A DNA stretch of 64,000 nucleotides, from contig NC_057711.1 in NCBI RefSeq assembly GCF_004010195.1, positions 73,531,399-73,595,398 on the forward strand, given 5' to 3'. Shown piece after piece: positions 41,851-55,115 of this stretch; the first letter of the stretch is position 1; each line of letters begins with the position of its first letter. Source of the stretch: Chiloscyllium plagiosum. Its lineage: Eukaryota. Below the pieces are notes generated by a model. The model did not search any database. It had not been told where the DNA came from and saw only the letters and a program-made list of their open reading frames with translations. The translations under genes were made by a program, and so were the position numbers.

Positions 41851-42295
41851 AGCATTCCTGCCAGATCAAACAGTACAGGAATTTCCAAAGTTCAGTGTAC
41901 ATTATGATGAGTTCTAATTTGCCAATTCAAGACTATTTAGTGGTATCTGTTGTTATTTAGGCTTGTCTTTGCATGTTTGATACTCTTTTCCTGGCAAGTT
42001 GCCAAAAGTTGCAGTTGGTTAGCAGAGGAAACTGAGGTTTGGTTTTCGATTTGAGTTGAGAATGTAAAGTGCAGATACTTCCATCTCTGAACCCTGGGCA
42101 GCATATGTGTTATTCACGTGATACAATCATCAAATGAAAATGTTCAAATAGTGGTGCATTATTTGGAGCTGCTCACAAAGGATGAAGGGCTGTATATAAG
42201 CTTGTGGTAGTAAGAGAGCCTATTTATAGATTAATTAGACTTCAGTAGGTTTATGGGCTGTATTTTACAAGGAGACATATTCCCTACCCCCAAAT

Positions 42296-45200
42296 AGAGT
42301 CATAGAGTCATAGAGATGTACAGCACGGAAACAGACGCTTCAATCCAACCCGTCCATGCAACCAGATATCCCAACCCAATCCAGTCCCACCTGCCAGCAT
42401 CCAGCCCATATCCGTCCAAACCCTTCCTATTCATATACCCATACAAATGCCTTTTAAATGTTGCAATTGTACCAGCCTCCACCACTTCCTCTGGCAGCTC
42501 ATTGCATATATGTACCACCTTCTGCATGAAAAAGTTGCCCCTTAGATCTCTTTTATATCTTTCCCCTCTCACCCTAAACATATGCCCTCTAGTTCTGGGC
42601 TTAACCACCCCAGGAAAAAAACCTTGTCTATTTATCCTATCCATGTCCATCCTAATTTTGTAAACCTCTATTAGGTCACCCTTCAGCCTCCGATGCTCCA
42701 GGGAAAACAGCCCCAACCTGTTCAGCTTCTCTCTACAGTTCAAATCCTCCAAACCTGGCCGAATACTTGTAAGTCTTTTCTGAACCCTTTCAAGTTTCAC
42801 AACAGCTTTCCAATAGGAAGGAGACCAGAATTGCATGCAATATTCCAGCCACTTCTCAGCCCATTGGCCCATCTGATCAAGATCCTGTTGTTATCTGAGG
42901 TAACCCTCTTCTCTGTCCACCACACCTCCAATTTTGGTGTCATCTGCAAACGTACTAACTATACCTCTTATGCTCACATCCAAATTATTTATGTAAATGA
43001 CGAAAAGTAGAGGACCCAGCACCGATCCTTGAGGCACTCCACTGGTCACTGGCGTCCAGTCTGAAAAACAACCCTCCACCACCACCCTCTGTCTTCTACC
43101 TTTGAGCCAGTTCTGTATCCAAATGGCTAGTTCTCCCTGTATTCAGTGAGATCTAACCCTGCTAACCAGTCTCCCATGGGGAACCTTGTTGAATGCCTTA
43201 CTGAAGTCCATTTAGATCACATCTACACCCCTGCCCTCATCAATCTTCTTTGTTACTTCTTCAAAAAACGCAATCAAGTCTGCTCGACATGATTTCCAAC
43301 GCACAAAGCCATGTTGACTATCCCTAATCGGTCCTTGCCTTTCCAAACACATGTACATCCTGTCCCTCAGGATTCCCTCCAACAACTTGCCCACCACTGA
43401 TGTCAGGCTCACTGGTTTATAGTTCCCTGGCTTGTCCTTACCACCTTTCTTAAACAGTGGCACCACGTTAGCCAACCTCCTGTCTTCTGGCACCCTACCT
43501 GTGACTATCGATGAGACAAATATCTCAGCAAGGGGCCCAGCAATCATTTCCCTAGCTTCCCACAGATTTCTAGGGTACACCTGATTAGGTCCTGGGGATT
43601 TATCCACCTTAATGCATTTCAAGACATCCTCCTCTGAAATATGGACATTTTTCAATATGTCACCATCTATTTCTCTACATTTTATATCTTCCATGTCCTT
43701 TTCCTAGATGCAAAATACTTGTTTATTATCTTCCCCATCTCCTGCAGCTCCATACAAAGGCTGCCTTGCTGATCTTTGAGGGGCCCTATACTCTCCCTAG
43801 TTACACTTTTGTCCTTAATGTGTTTGTAAAGACCCTTTGGATTCTCCTTAATTCTATTTGCTAAAGCTATCTCATGTCCCCTTTTTGCCCTCCTGATTTC
43901 CCTCGTAAGTATACTCCTACTGCCTTTATACTCTTCTAAGGATTCACTCGATCTATCCTGTCTCTATCTGACATATGCTTCCTTCTTTTTCTTAATCAAA
44001 CGCTCAATTTCTTTAGTTATCCTGCATTCCTATGCCTACCAGCCTTTCCTTTCACCCCAACAGGAATATAGTTTCTCTGGATTCTCGTTATTTCATTTCT
44101 GAAGGTTTCCCATTTTCCAGCTGTCCCTTTACCTGCGAACATCTGCCCCCAGTCAGCTTTTGAAAGTTCTTGCCTCATACCGTCAAAATTGGCTTTTCTC
44201 CAATTTAGAACTTCAACTTTTAGATCTGGTCTATCCTTTTCCATCACTATTTTAAAACTAATAGAATTATGGTCACTGGCCCCACAGTGCTCCCCCACTG
44301 ACACCTCGGTCACCTGCCCTGCCTAATTTCCCAAGAGTAGGTTAGGTTTTGCACCTTCTCTAATAGGTACATCCACATACTGAATCAAAACGTTTTCTTG
44401 TACACACTTAACAAATTTCTCTCCATCTAAACCCTTAACACTATGGCAGTCCCAGTCTATGTTTGGAATGTTAAAATCTCCTACCAAAACCACCCTATTA
44501 TTCTTACAGACAGCGAAATCTGCTTACAAGTTTGTTTCTCAATTTCCCTCTGACAATTGGGGGGTCTATAATACAATCCCAATAAGGTGATCATCACTTT
44601 CTTATATCTCATTTCCACCCAAATAACTTCCCTGTGTGTATTTCCGGGAATATCCTTTCATAGTACAGCTGTAATGCTATCCCTTATCAAAAACACCACT
44701 CCCCCTCCTCTCTTGTCTCCCTTTTTAGCCTTCTTGTAGCATTTATATAATAGAACATTAAGCTGCCAGTGCTGCCTATCCCTGACCCATGTTTCTGTAA
44801 TTGCTATGATATCCCAGTCCCATGTTCCTAACCATGCCCTGAGTTCATCTGCCTTCCCTGTTAGCCCCCTTGCAATGAATAAAATGTAGTTTAATTTATC
44901 AGAGCTCTCTTGTCCTTGCCTGCCCTGACTGTTTGACTTGCTTCTATTCTCAATTGTACCAGTCTCGGATTGATCTCTTTCCTCACTATCTCCCTGGGTC
45001 CCTCCCCCCACCTTACTAGTTTAAATCCTCCCGAGCAGCTCTCGCAAATCTCCCTGCTATTATATTAGTCCCCTTCTAATATAGGTGCAAACTGTCCTTC
45101 TTGTACAGGTCACTTCAACCACAAAAGAGATTCCAATGATCCAAAAATGTGAATCCTTCTTCTATATACGAGTTCCTCAGTCATGCATTCATCTGCTCTA

Positions 45201-45330
45201 TTCTCCTCTTCCTGCCCTCACTAGCATCAGAAGTAGTCCAGATATTACTAACTCTCGAGGACATCCTTTTTAAATTCCTGTCTAACTCTCTGTAATCTCC
45301 CTTCAGAATCTCAACCTTTTCCCTTCCTGT
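42296..45330 (-). mobile_element. Second long CR1/HER1 LINE, same subfamily as 36871-40600
   Basis: [19 protein letters not shown] and endonuclease ITETW motifs; deletion near 42848. Confidence 0.95.
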
Positions 45331-45399
45331 GTTGTTTCTGTCAATAAAGAAGTCAATTGTGAGCCCATCGACTCTGTGGCTAGCTGCCCCACTGCAATC

Positions 45400-45500
45400 C
45401 CTTTGACAAAGGGTCAGTTAGACTCAAAAAGTCAGCTGTTTTCTCTCCTTACAGATGTTGCCAGAACTGCTGAGATTTTCCAGCATTTCCTTTTTTGGTT
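45400..45500 (+). mobile_element. Degenerate Penelope-like pLTR fragment
   Basis: tTGACAA-AGGGTC-AGTTA-GACTC-aAAA-AGTC followed by cagatgttgccagaactgctgag..ttccagca. Confidence 0.55.
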
Positions 45501-47218
45501 CCACTGCAATACCATGCTGGAACAGTCTGAATTAAGTCAGAATGGGACTTCTGTCCCATCTTGGCCTCCAGGAGCTCTGTAGTGCCAGGTTTGTGCAGTG
45601 GCCACAGCTGGGACTACAAGTAGTTAAAAGAAGTAAAGGCAGAAGAAGAGTCATGTGGCCAGGCTCCCAGGTGACTCCAGTATTTTGGATAGACTCAAAT
45701 GTCAAATCCCTGTGAGGAAGATGGATGGTATCAAATCTTAGTGGGGTGCTCTTGGAGGAGTCTCGAAGGAATGCATCCCTGCCTGTCTTGCCTGATAGTT
45801 GCCTGCATAGTGAAAGCTGCTGGGCTACTCTCCTTGCCCTCGCCTTCCACTGCCTCATGTGATATAAAGCCAGGTGTAGAATAAGACCAAAAAGTAGCCA
45901 ATCCCTACCAGTCATAATGTGGGAGTGTTATGATCCCCACTTATGGTAATATTGGAACAAGTCAGAGTCCTAAGGGATATCTGGCTTGGTAGATCATGGT
46001 TTTTAACATTTTTGCAATTTGTTTGCTGTGGTGGTCAGTCACTGATCACATTCACGAGAGACTGTTAGTATAGTGTTAACAAAAGAACATCAAAGTTAAT
46101 TGTGCATAAAAGAAAAAAAAACTATTTTACCTCTATAAGAACCATTTGAAACAGTCTGATTACAAATATCAGATACCAGCTTCCATTCTGCTCCCCTGAG
46201 CAACAACTTACAGACAATTAAACCTCGGGGAAGGATCACATTATTTCCATGTTTGGGATGGCTAATCAGTTGACACATCCATACTGTTTTTCTTTCAAGT
46301 AAACATCGACATTTACTTGATACTTCTTTTTAGTTAGTTTCTCTTGATGAAATCCTTAAAAAAAACTACACTTCCTAGCTCATTTATTCCTTAATATATG
46401 TTCCTTAAATTCAGGCATTCAACAACTTTGGAGGATGAGGTTTCCTTTTCTGACACATTCAAACCTTCTGTTTTTTGAGCTTTCCTCCAGCTAGCTTCTA
46501 AGCCACTTAAGGTTTACTTTCTTCTGCCCTGTTGGTTCTGGAGACTGTTCAGTTGAACAATTGATGTAATAGGCCTTTCCACTCTAAGCGATCTGTCTGT
46601 CTTTGTAAGAAATTCACTGATCTTCAGAATGGTTCTATATTTCTAAAATAATTTTTCAATCATTCCATCTCCCTGTGCCACAGGTCACCTTGTCATTAGG
46701 CAATGTACTATTTTTTCCTCTCTTCTGCTCCTTGTTCTTAGCAGCACTGAATTATTCACCTCAAGGCTTTTTTTTAAAGTCTAATTTTTTTGCATATTGA
46801 TAACTTTGCAGATAACCCAAGACTACTCAGAGAATTCAAAAATGAAACGAAAACTGTGCATCCCCTTAACACATATGGGATGAAAATGAAAAGCTAACTT
46901 AAATATATATATACTTTTGTTCACTTTAGAACCCTAGTTTTTAACATGATAATATGTCATGAACACCTTCATCACAGAAAACAAGTCAGGCGTGGGCGGG
47001 AAGATGTTGGGAAAGTGACCCATTTTATTTATCAGAGATTCACATTGAGATGCGGTGGTGTGGAGAAGGAACTTAAGATAGACTTTGATATTTCTGAATA
47101 TCTGAACAGCTAAATCCTGTGCATGTTTGTTAGATTTTACCTAAGTCATTTTGGTTATAGTATTTTTAATAACAGAAATCCACAGTGTGCTGATAAATAG
47201 TTTTCTTTTGATTTCTAG

Positions 47219-47365
47219 CTCAGAAGAAGAATCTAGGGAAGAAGAAGAAGTTATTACGGAAGAAGATATGGCCAAGTTGAAGGATCAAGTTGAAGAAAAA
47301 AAGAAATTAATTGCAACTTTGCGAAACAAACCCTCACCTATGAAACAGAAATTACAATTACTGAA
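47219..47365 (+). CDS. TMC1: TMC1-like coding exon (147 nt): SEEESREEEEVITEEDMAKLKDQVEEKKKLIATLRNKPSPMKQKLQLL(K)
   Basis: Acceptor ttttgatttctag, donor AA|gtgggt. The VEEKKKLIAT..KPxPM motif is typical of TMC1/TMC2. Phase 2/2. Confidence 0.92.
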
Positions 47366-47822
47366 GTGGGTGCATCTGTTTTATATGTTGTAACAATTTC
47401 TGGTCAAACCTAAAGTCATGAAACTTTTGAAACAGATAACTAACACTATAAAAATAATGGAATTGGTTTTAGCCCAAACTGGATTCCAGGGATTTGAGGA
47501 CAGGGGTGAATACCAAAAGTGTTTACGGTGAGTGTAATTTTCTGCTCGTAAGTGTAAGGTGGCATCTTTTTCTGAATTCAGTTGAGTTGCCTCCCTGGGA
47601 GATACTGCCTGGAGGTGGTGGATTAAGAAATTGCATTTGAGTTTGTATCGAAGTAAGGATGCAGAGTGTGGCTTTGAAGGTCCAATCAGAGGGCCAACAG
47701 CCTTGGAAGAGAAGTGGTTCCATTGACATTGGTAGGCAGTGAGTCTGCAGAAAGGGTCTATAAGGATATTTGCATTTTAAGGTGCCTCCTAAAGCGGTTA
47801 TAATTAAATAAAGTAATAGTAT

Positions 47823-49260
47823 CTACAGGTCATCCTTGTGGGATATTGGAGGTACATTCATCCAGCCAAGAGGACAGTATTCCACCACACCTCTGATTTG
47901 TGCCTTGTAGATGATGGACCCGATTATAAATATATCAGGAGGTGATATTCTCTGCAGAATTTCTAATCTCTGACCTGCTCTTGTAGCTACAGTTTTGTTA
48001 TTAACTGGTCCAGTCATGTTTTTGGTCAATGATAACCCACAGGTTATGGGGAATTCAACAATAATAATCCAGTGAATGCCAAAGGGAGATAGTTTGAGAT
48101 GAACATTACTTGCCACATGTTTGATACAAACATTACGTGCCACTCATCAGCCCAAACTTGGATATTATCTATCCTTGAAATTATAAATATTGCTGAACAT
48201 TGCACATTTTCTTTGTGTTGACAGATAGATGACAGAGTTATAACTGTGTTGAAACAGCTTGACTAAGGATAATACCAATTCTGGAACAAAGTATGATTGC
48301 AGGAATGTTGGTCACGTCCCAGTTACTTTGTGGTTCCCATCACGTTTAGATTTATCTGTTGCTGCTCCGGCCATGTCTATCTCTTTGTTGTACCTAGGTT
48401 GATTCCTCATCTTGATGATAATAATTGTCAGGATGTACAGATTGTGGTTGAATACAATTTTGCTGCTAGTGATGACCTATAGCACTTCATGGAGGCCAAA
48501 TTTTGACTTGTTCAATCTGTTTGAAATCTAACACATTTAGCAACATGACAGTGCCACCCCAAAACATGATGATGGGGCTTTGACACCACAAGGGCTGTTC
48601 AATTGCCACTCTTACCAATACTGTCGTGGACAGATGCATCTGCAATAGCTAGATTTGTGAGGACAAGATCATGTAGTTTTTTCTGTCTTGTTGGTTTACA
48701 AATGACCTGCCTCAAACAGGCAGCAATGTCAGCCTCAGTCAGTTCAGTATGTTGTGTTACTACTGAGTCACACTTGGAAATTGACATTGAAATCCCCTTG
48801 GTGCTTCTTTCAATTGATGCTTAACATGGAGCAGTGCCTGGAGTGGAGGGACAAGCTGTAGTAGGTGGTAATCAGCAGGAAGTTTTCTTACGCATGTTTT
48901 ACCTAATGCTGTGAGACTTTGTCAGGTCCAAAGTCAATGTTCAAGCCTCATTGGAGATCTCTGTGCCAACTGTATACTGTAGTGCCATCTCTGGTGGGTC
49001 AGTCCTGACACTGAAAGTGCACATATCCGAATGGCATTGCTGGTTTCTGTGAGGTATGATTGGCTTTCAGGTGTGATTCCATGAGAATGACAGGCTACTG
49101 CTTGACCAGTCTGTGAGACAGCTCTCCCAATTTTGACACAAGCTCCAGGTATTAGTAAGGAAGATTTTTCATGGTTGGCAAAATTGGGCCTGCTGTTGTA
49201 ATTTCCGGAGCTTAGCTTAATGCTAGGAGATCTGTCCAGTTTTATTTCTTTTCTTTAGGC
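47823..49260 (-). mobile_element. Old CR1/L2-clade LINE remnants (relatives at about 55740-56000 on + and 58800-59390 on +)
   Basis: TVATRAGQRL..IYKAQIRGVVEY (RT thumb) and PTR..LHDLVLTNL (endonuclease). Confidence 0.75.
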
Positions 49261-51010
49261 TTCATAGCACATTGATCCAACTGAGTGGTTTGCTATGCCA
49301 TTTCAGAGGGTAATTATTGTCAACCACATTGCTGTGGGCCTGGAGTAACACATAGACTGGACCAGGTAAAGATGATAAATTTCCCTTGCTAAATGACATC
49401 AAAGAACTTATTGTGTTATTATGATAATGGGCAGTAGTTTCATGCGCTCCATTAAATTAACTTTTAGTTCCAGATTTATAATTGACTTTAAATTCTACCA
49501 GCTAATATGATGGGATTTGAAACTGTGTTCCCAAAGCATTGGCCTGGGATCTACTGGAATAGTAGTCCACTGACATTATCACTATGTCACCACTTTCCCT
49601 CAAATCAGTTATTAGTGTTGTGTTTTCTGGTTCCCTTGAGTTTGACATAATTGCACTCTATACTCAAAATGCTAGAGCTTCATTGATTGTATTTCTTAGA
49701 GCTCTCCATGTGGCTGGTAGACCAATGCATTGATTCTCAGTGGCCACCTGAAGTATAGTAGTAAATGTGGCAGGCTGGTTGTACATTTACATAATAGCTA
49801 ATTCTTAACTCTTTACAAAAAAATTAACAATGTCATAACTTTCTTTGTTTTTTTAAAAAATTGATCTTTTATATTGTTCCAATCATAAGCTTCTAAAAAT
49901 ATATTTTATATAACTTTATGTAAGACAACATTCAGCAGTGGATAGCAATTGTGAAAGAGAGCGCTGAGCTGGGAGGCTTGAGCAGCAGAAAGTGATGGTG
50001 AGAGAGGGCTGAAAGAGCACCTCTCCGGAAAAAAGGATATCTTTAGGGGAAAGACGCCTCTTTGGAAGAAAACACAGATAGACACAAGGTTTCTCATTGC
50101 AGTGTAAATCCATCTACATACTTGCTTATTCAACCTTAATTTCACTTCATGGTTGAAATGACCCGATGCCAGTGGAATACAGAGTCCTTGTTTCATGTTC
50201 TTTCCGCTATACCTAAGTCCAAATCTTATGTTACATAAAGAAGATTAACAATCAACTTTAATAACTAAACAGAACACATTTAGAGTCTGTTATAGAATGT
50301 TTCTTTTGGGAAATTATTACTTACGTATTACTTAGGTGAGAGGATGTTGTGCTTCCATCTTGTGGATTTAGTGTTCATTGCTTTCAGGGATAAATTGGGA
50401 TTGGCAACTATTTGTGTTCATCCTCATGTTGTAGGAGACGTGCTTGATGTCACTGTTGTGCCACTTGCTGGTGATATCGGTATTTCACCACTTGTTGATG
50501 CTGGTGATGTTGGCTTGCTGGTTATTGATTATCTTTTCGGCAATTCCAGCTCAGCTGTAGGTCATGTGTGGGCATTGCTCCTTTTCATTCACTCACCAGT
50601 TTCAGTCTCAATGATCTACTTATCATCAACAAATTTTTCTGGGTTTCAGGTTTTCATGATTAGATCCTGTACAGGTAAAGTTTGTCCTTCAAACACTGTG
50701 ACAGTGATTTGGTTTTTTTTTCAAATTTTGAATCCATCAATCTGTACATCTGTGAACTGTTCTCTTAGTTCATCCTGGTCACTTGGAGGAATTATTTGTT
50801 TTGCAGAGTTGTCTTATACCATTTTTTCTTTTAATAGCTCTGCATGTGACTTTATATCACCCTTCAAATGTGGCGATAGAAGTCAGAAAAAGGCAAGGAT
50901 TAGATTTTCCTTTGCCTTGGTATTTCATGAGGGTTCTCTTCACTATATGTAACCCTGTGTCCTCTTGTGTAATGTGGTGGTGATAGTAAACACATACTGA
51001 TAAGCAAGTT

Positions 51011-51318
51011 TTGGGCGGCACGGTGGCACAGTGGTTAGCACTGCTGCCTCACAGCGCCAGAGACCCGGGTTCAATTCCCGCCTCAGGCGACTGACTGTGT
51101 GGAGTTTGCACGTTCTCCCCGTGTCTGCGTGGGTTTCCTCCGGGTGCTCCGGTTTCCTCCCACAGTCCAAAGATGTGCAGGTCAGGTGAATTGGCCATGC
51201 TAAATTGCCCGTAGTGTTAGGTAAGGGGTAAATGTAGGGGTATGGGTGGGTTGCGCTTCGGCGGGTCGGTGTGGACTTGTTGGGCCGAAGGGCCTGTTTC
51301 CACACTGTAATGTAATCT
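51011..51318 (+). mobile_element. Young full-length HE1 SINE, CpG-rich, with 5-bp TSD
   Basis: A box ggtggcacagtgg, B box ggttcaattcc. TSD aagtt at 51006-51010 and 51319-51323. Confidence 0.96.
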
Positions 51319-51632
51319 AAGTTCCATAAATCCTCTGGAGGTGAACTGCTTCCATTGTCATATATTACAATTTCAGGAATCGTTTCACTAATAAACAGAA
51401 TGCGTGTTTTGCTTCTCACATTTTTCACTTTTGACATGAAAGGGAACATTGAATAGTAGCCTGCACATTTGAGGTACCATTCTTGATTGTGAATGAATAA
51501 ATTAGCTGGCAGAAGATACCATGATCTGGATGGTACTTCAGTAGCTACCATCTCCTTGTTCTGATGTATATTTCTGTATTTGAGGTATGCAGACATTATT
51601 TTTCCATTGATTTCATTGAAGCCTATCCAGTA

Positions 51633-51687
51633 CTTAAATGGTTTGGCTTTTAGCTTACCCTCTTAAATGGTTTGGCTTTTAGCTTAC
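51633..51687 (+). repeat. 26-bp direct repeat (period 29)
   Basis: cttaaatggtttggcttttagcttac occurs twice. Confidence 0.9.
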
Positions 51688-51759
51688 ATGTGGCCTTCTT
51701 GGTTTTTCTGGAGAGGTCCTTCTTTGAGGCTGATTGCTTTGGAACCACCCAGCAGGAGG

Positions 51760-52140
51760 AGAGGGTATTGTAGTGGAAACATCACTCGCTTATTACTTCA
51801 GAGAGACAAGTTAATGTTCCTTGCACATGGGTTCAAAAACCACCTTAGAAGCGGGTGGAATTTAAGTTCAATTAATAAACCTGGAATTAAAAGCTATATA
51901 CAGTAATGGTGATCACAAAACTAGCATTGATTGCTGTAAAGACCCATCTGGTTCACTAATACCCTCCAGCGAAGAAGATCTTGCCTGACTGGCCTGCATG
52001 TAATGCCTGACCTATGCTAATGTAGTTGACTCTTAATCGCTCTCTGAAATGGTTTGGCAAACCATTCAGTTCAAGTACTGTTTGGGATGAGCAATAAATA
52101 TTGACCTTGTTAGCTAGTCCATGTTCCACAAAAGTATAAA
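51760..52140 (+). mobile_element. Old SINE (second family; tail similar to the LINE end near 59340)
   Basis: gggttcaaa B-box-like; acccatctggttcactaat; gggatgagcaataaat tail. Confidence 0.7.
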
Positions 52141-53677
52141 GAAACAAAAACACCATCTTCTGGCAATATATTATCTCTGGCATACAAATAATGCCATGTT
52201 GCTTTCTATGTTAGCTATTTCTTTGACAATCCCAGAGCCACTCACTGAGAGACCATTGTTCAGTTCTTGTCTTTGCTGGTCACAGCTTTAATTTAATCAG
52301 GTGATGGAACCTCATTCTTAGATCTTTCAATCATGTTTCTTCTGCAGTGAAAACATCTGCTAGAGCTATTTCTCTTCCTGGCCTGTACTTCAGAGTGATG
52401 TTTTTAATCATTAAAGATATGTGGGTACCATTGGCCAGGTGAGCATTTATTCCCCATCTCTATCATAATTCCTCCAAAGTAGTCTTTACAACCCAACTAG
52501 TGTTGTAAATTGATTTTTCTTGTAAATATGCTCTAGTGGCCAACAAACTTTCTTTACTACTAAACATTTTTTTCCATAAAGATGTAAGTGGAATTTCTTA
52601 CTTCCATATTCGATAAACCTAATCTATGTAAACAAGTACGTTAAGGTGGCTAAATGCATTGAGCTGCAAAGTTTGCATGTGTGAGAATTGAACCAAACTG
52701 TGATATCCTCCAGCATGAAATAGCCTGACAACTTTTGGAGCTGAATTCTCTATTTTGTGGTGGTTTTGAGGTGAGGTAGGCCTTCTGCTCACTATCCAGA
52801 TATCACCTTGATGTGGATTTATTTTCCCTGGGTTGAAATTGTTTATTTACACAGAACATGAACCCTGCAGGATCCTAGCCGCAAAGAAACTGGATGCCTC
52901 TGTTTCTCAAGGCAAAACCTGAGCAGTGTTTCAGTGGAAATCTTGAGTCGTTCCAGATAATGCTGGCAATAAAAGCCTGAAAGATAATCACAACAAATAA
53001 TTTTCAGCCGTGACAAAGGCCAAGCCTTAAAAATTTAAGACACAAGTCTGAAATAGTGGGTGAGGAAGTTCTTTCTGGGTCTGCGCCCTCCATGAAAAGA
53101 AATCCGAGTATAGCCAGCATCTGCTGCAACCGCTCTGGAACAGCTTTACTGTCTTTATTCAGTTATTTGCATACACATATCAATTTGGGAATGACCTAAT
53201 TTTCTGTCAGCAAGTAACTCTGCTAAGATTTTGGCATAGCTGACTAGCTACAAATCTATTTCATCAATATCAGAGATGCTTGATTTCTGCACTGGAAAAG
53301 CGATTTCTATTGACATTTTGAGTAATACAGGAAGATATCTTCCAGCAGAAATGTATTTTTGGTCTTACTTTGTTTGTCTTCTAGCAAAGTTGTAATTGCC
53401 ATTAATTGTTACTAGCTTGTGAAGGTCATCATTTCCAGTATGAATTGGCTGAGCATATAGGATTTACCTATTTTTAGTTTCATGCTATATCTTAAGCAGA
53501 ATATGAGGCAATACTTTGTTTCATCTGAAAACAACTTTGACAATGATATCATTACTTGTCAGTGACAAACAAATTCTACTCAAGTTCTAAGTTTACATGT
53601 TGGCTCTAATGCAATTAGTTGCTACATATATATGTTGTAGTTTTCATTTCATTGTGTTATTTCTACTCAATTTTCAG

Positions 53678-53768
53678 AGAAGCTCAGGAATTTGTGGAGA
53701 AATTTGAAGGGGCACTTGGGAAAGGAAAAGGCAAAAAGTTTTATGCCTATAAAGTGATGATGACCAAA
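53678..53768 (+). CDS. TMC1: TMC1-like coding exon (91 nt): EAQEFVEKFEGALGKGKGKKFYAYKVMMTK
   Basis: ttttcag acceptor, gtaagt donor. EGALGKGKG is a TMC1/2 hallmark. The 91-nt size matches the orthologous mammalian exon as recalled. Confidence 0.96.
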
Positions 53769-54084
53769 GTAAGTAACAAAGTCTTGGGCGAAAATACATC
53801 TGTATCTTTTGATTGATTATCATGTTGTCTGGCTCTTAGTTTATATGGAAAAAATTCTTGCAATATTTCTACATAAGGTCACTGTATTATTGCTGATGGA
53901 CGCTAATTCAGTTTTTTAATCTTAATTGACATATATAGAATATTATAGTGATGTTCAGCAGCTCAACCAATGGGACAGATATTCATGTTCAAGTCCTACC
54001 TCTGGATTTGATGGTCATAGATGGTATGTCATGACATGGCTAACCTGGTTGATAATAAATCTGTAAATCCTGAGAATTGGCTTG

Positions 54085-55115
54085 GTGTTAGGAGAAAAAG
54101 ATGGAGGTGTGTTTTTTGGACTGGAGGCCTGGACCAGTGGTGTTCCGTATGGATGGTTGCAAGTTCCACTGCTGTTTGTCATTTACATAAATAATTTGGA
54201 TGAGAGTTTAGAAGGCACGGTTAGCAGATTTGCTGATGATTCCAAACTTAGGGTATAGTGGACAGTGAAGAAGGATCTCTGAAATTATAAAGGGATCTTG
54301 ATCAATTGGGCCAATGGGCTAAAGAGTGGTAGATGGTGTTTAATTTGGATTAATATGAGTTTTTTGGGTGAAACAATTAAGGACAGACTTATGCAGTTAA
54401 ATGTAGTGTTGTAGAACAGACAAACTGAAGGGTTCAGGTACATTGTTCTTTGAAAGTTGTGTCACAGGTAGACAGGGTGGTTAAGAGGGCATTTAGCATG
54501 CTTGCCTACATTACTCAGACCATTGAATATAGGAGTTGGGACACTATGTTCAGGTTGTACAGGACATTGGTGAGGCCACTTTTGGAGTATTGTGGAGAGT
54601 TCTGGTTGCCCAATTAAAGGAAGGATATTATTAAAATGGAGATAGTTCAGAAAAGAATTACCGGGATGTTGCTGGGACTGGAATATTTGAGTTACAAGGA
54701 GAGGAGTTTTTCACTGGAGACTAGGAAATTGAGATTATAGAGGTTTATAAAAACATGAGGGTCATAGATAAGATGAATAGTAAAGATCTCTTCCTTAGAG
54801 TGGGGGAGTTCAAAACTAGAAGGCATAGTTTTAAAGTGAGAGGAGTAAAAGGGACAGAAGGGGCAACTTTTCCATAGAGAGGGTGGTTCTTATGTGGAAT
54901 GATGAATGACAAAGGAAGTGGTAGATGCAGGTACAGTAACAACATTTAAAAGACATTTGGACAGGTACATGAATAGGAAAGGTTTAGAGAGCTATGGGCC
55001 AAACATAGGCAAGTGGGACTAGCTTAGCTTGGGAAACTTGGTTGACATGGACATGTTGAACTTAAGGGTCTGTTTCTATGCTATATGACTGTATGGCTCT
55101 ATGAATCTATGTCTA
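54085..55115 (+). mobile_element. Degraded CR1 LINE 3' 1 kb
   Basis: tttgctgatgat (FADD), ttgtacaggacattggtgaggcc, 3' UTR with ctatg repeats. Confidence 0.9.

Larger units (their letters stand above)
50330..52640 (-). mobile_element. Decayed Gypsy-type LTR retrotransposon pol (RNase H to integrase), interrupted by SINEs
   Basis: KFHLHLYGKK..WPLEHI (near 52580), LKYRPGREIALAD (near 52380), EVPSRSW..GYYSMFP..IPEIVIYDNG (about 51350-51560). RNase H then integrase order. Confidence 0.75.

Noticed and set aside
45926..46871. Possible solo LTR (TGTTATGA...TTAACA)
   Set aside because: No TSD and an uncertain right boundary.
50344..50952. 202-aa hydrophobic ORF
   Set aside because: It is the antisense reading of the Gypsy remnant.
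51013..51085. tRNA gene
   Set aside because: The A and B boxes belong to the tRNA-derived SINE head and continue into the SINE body.
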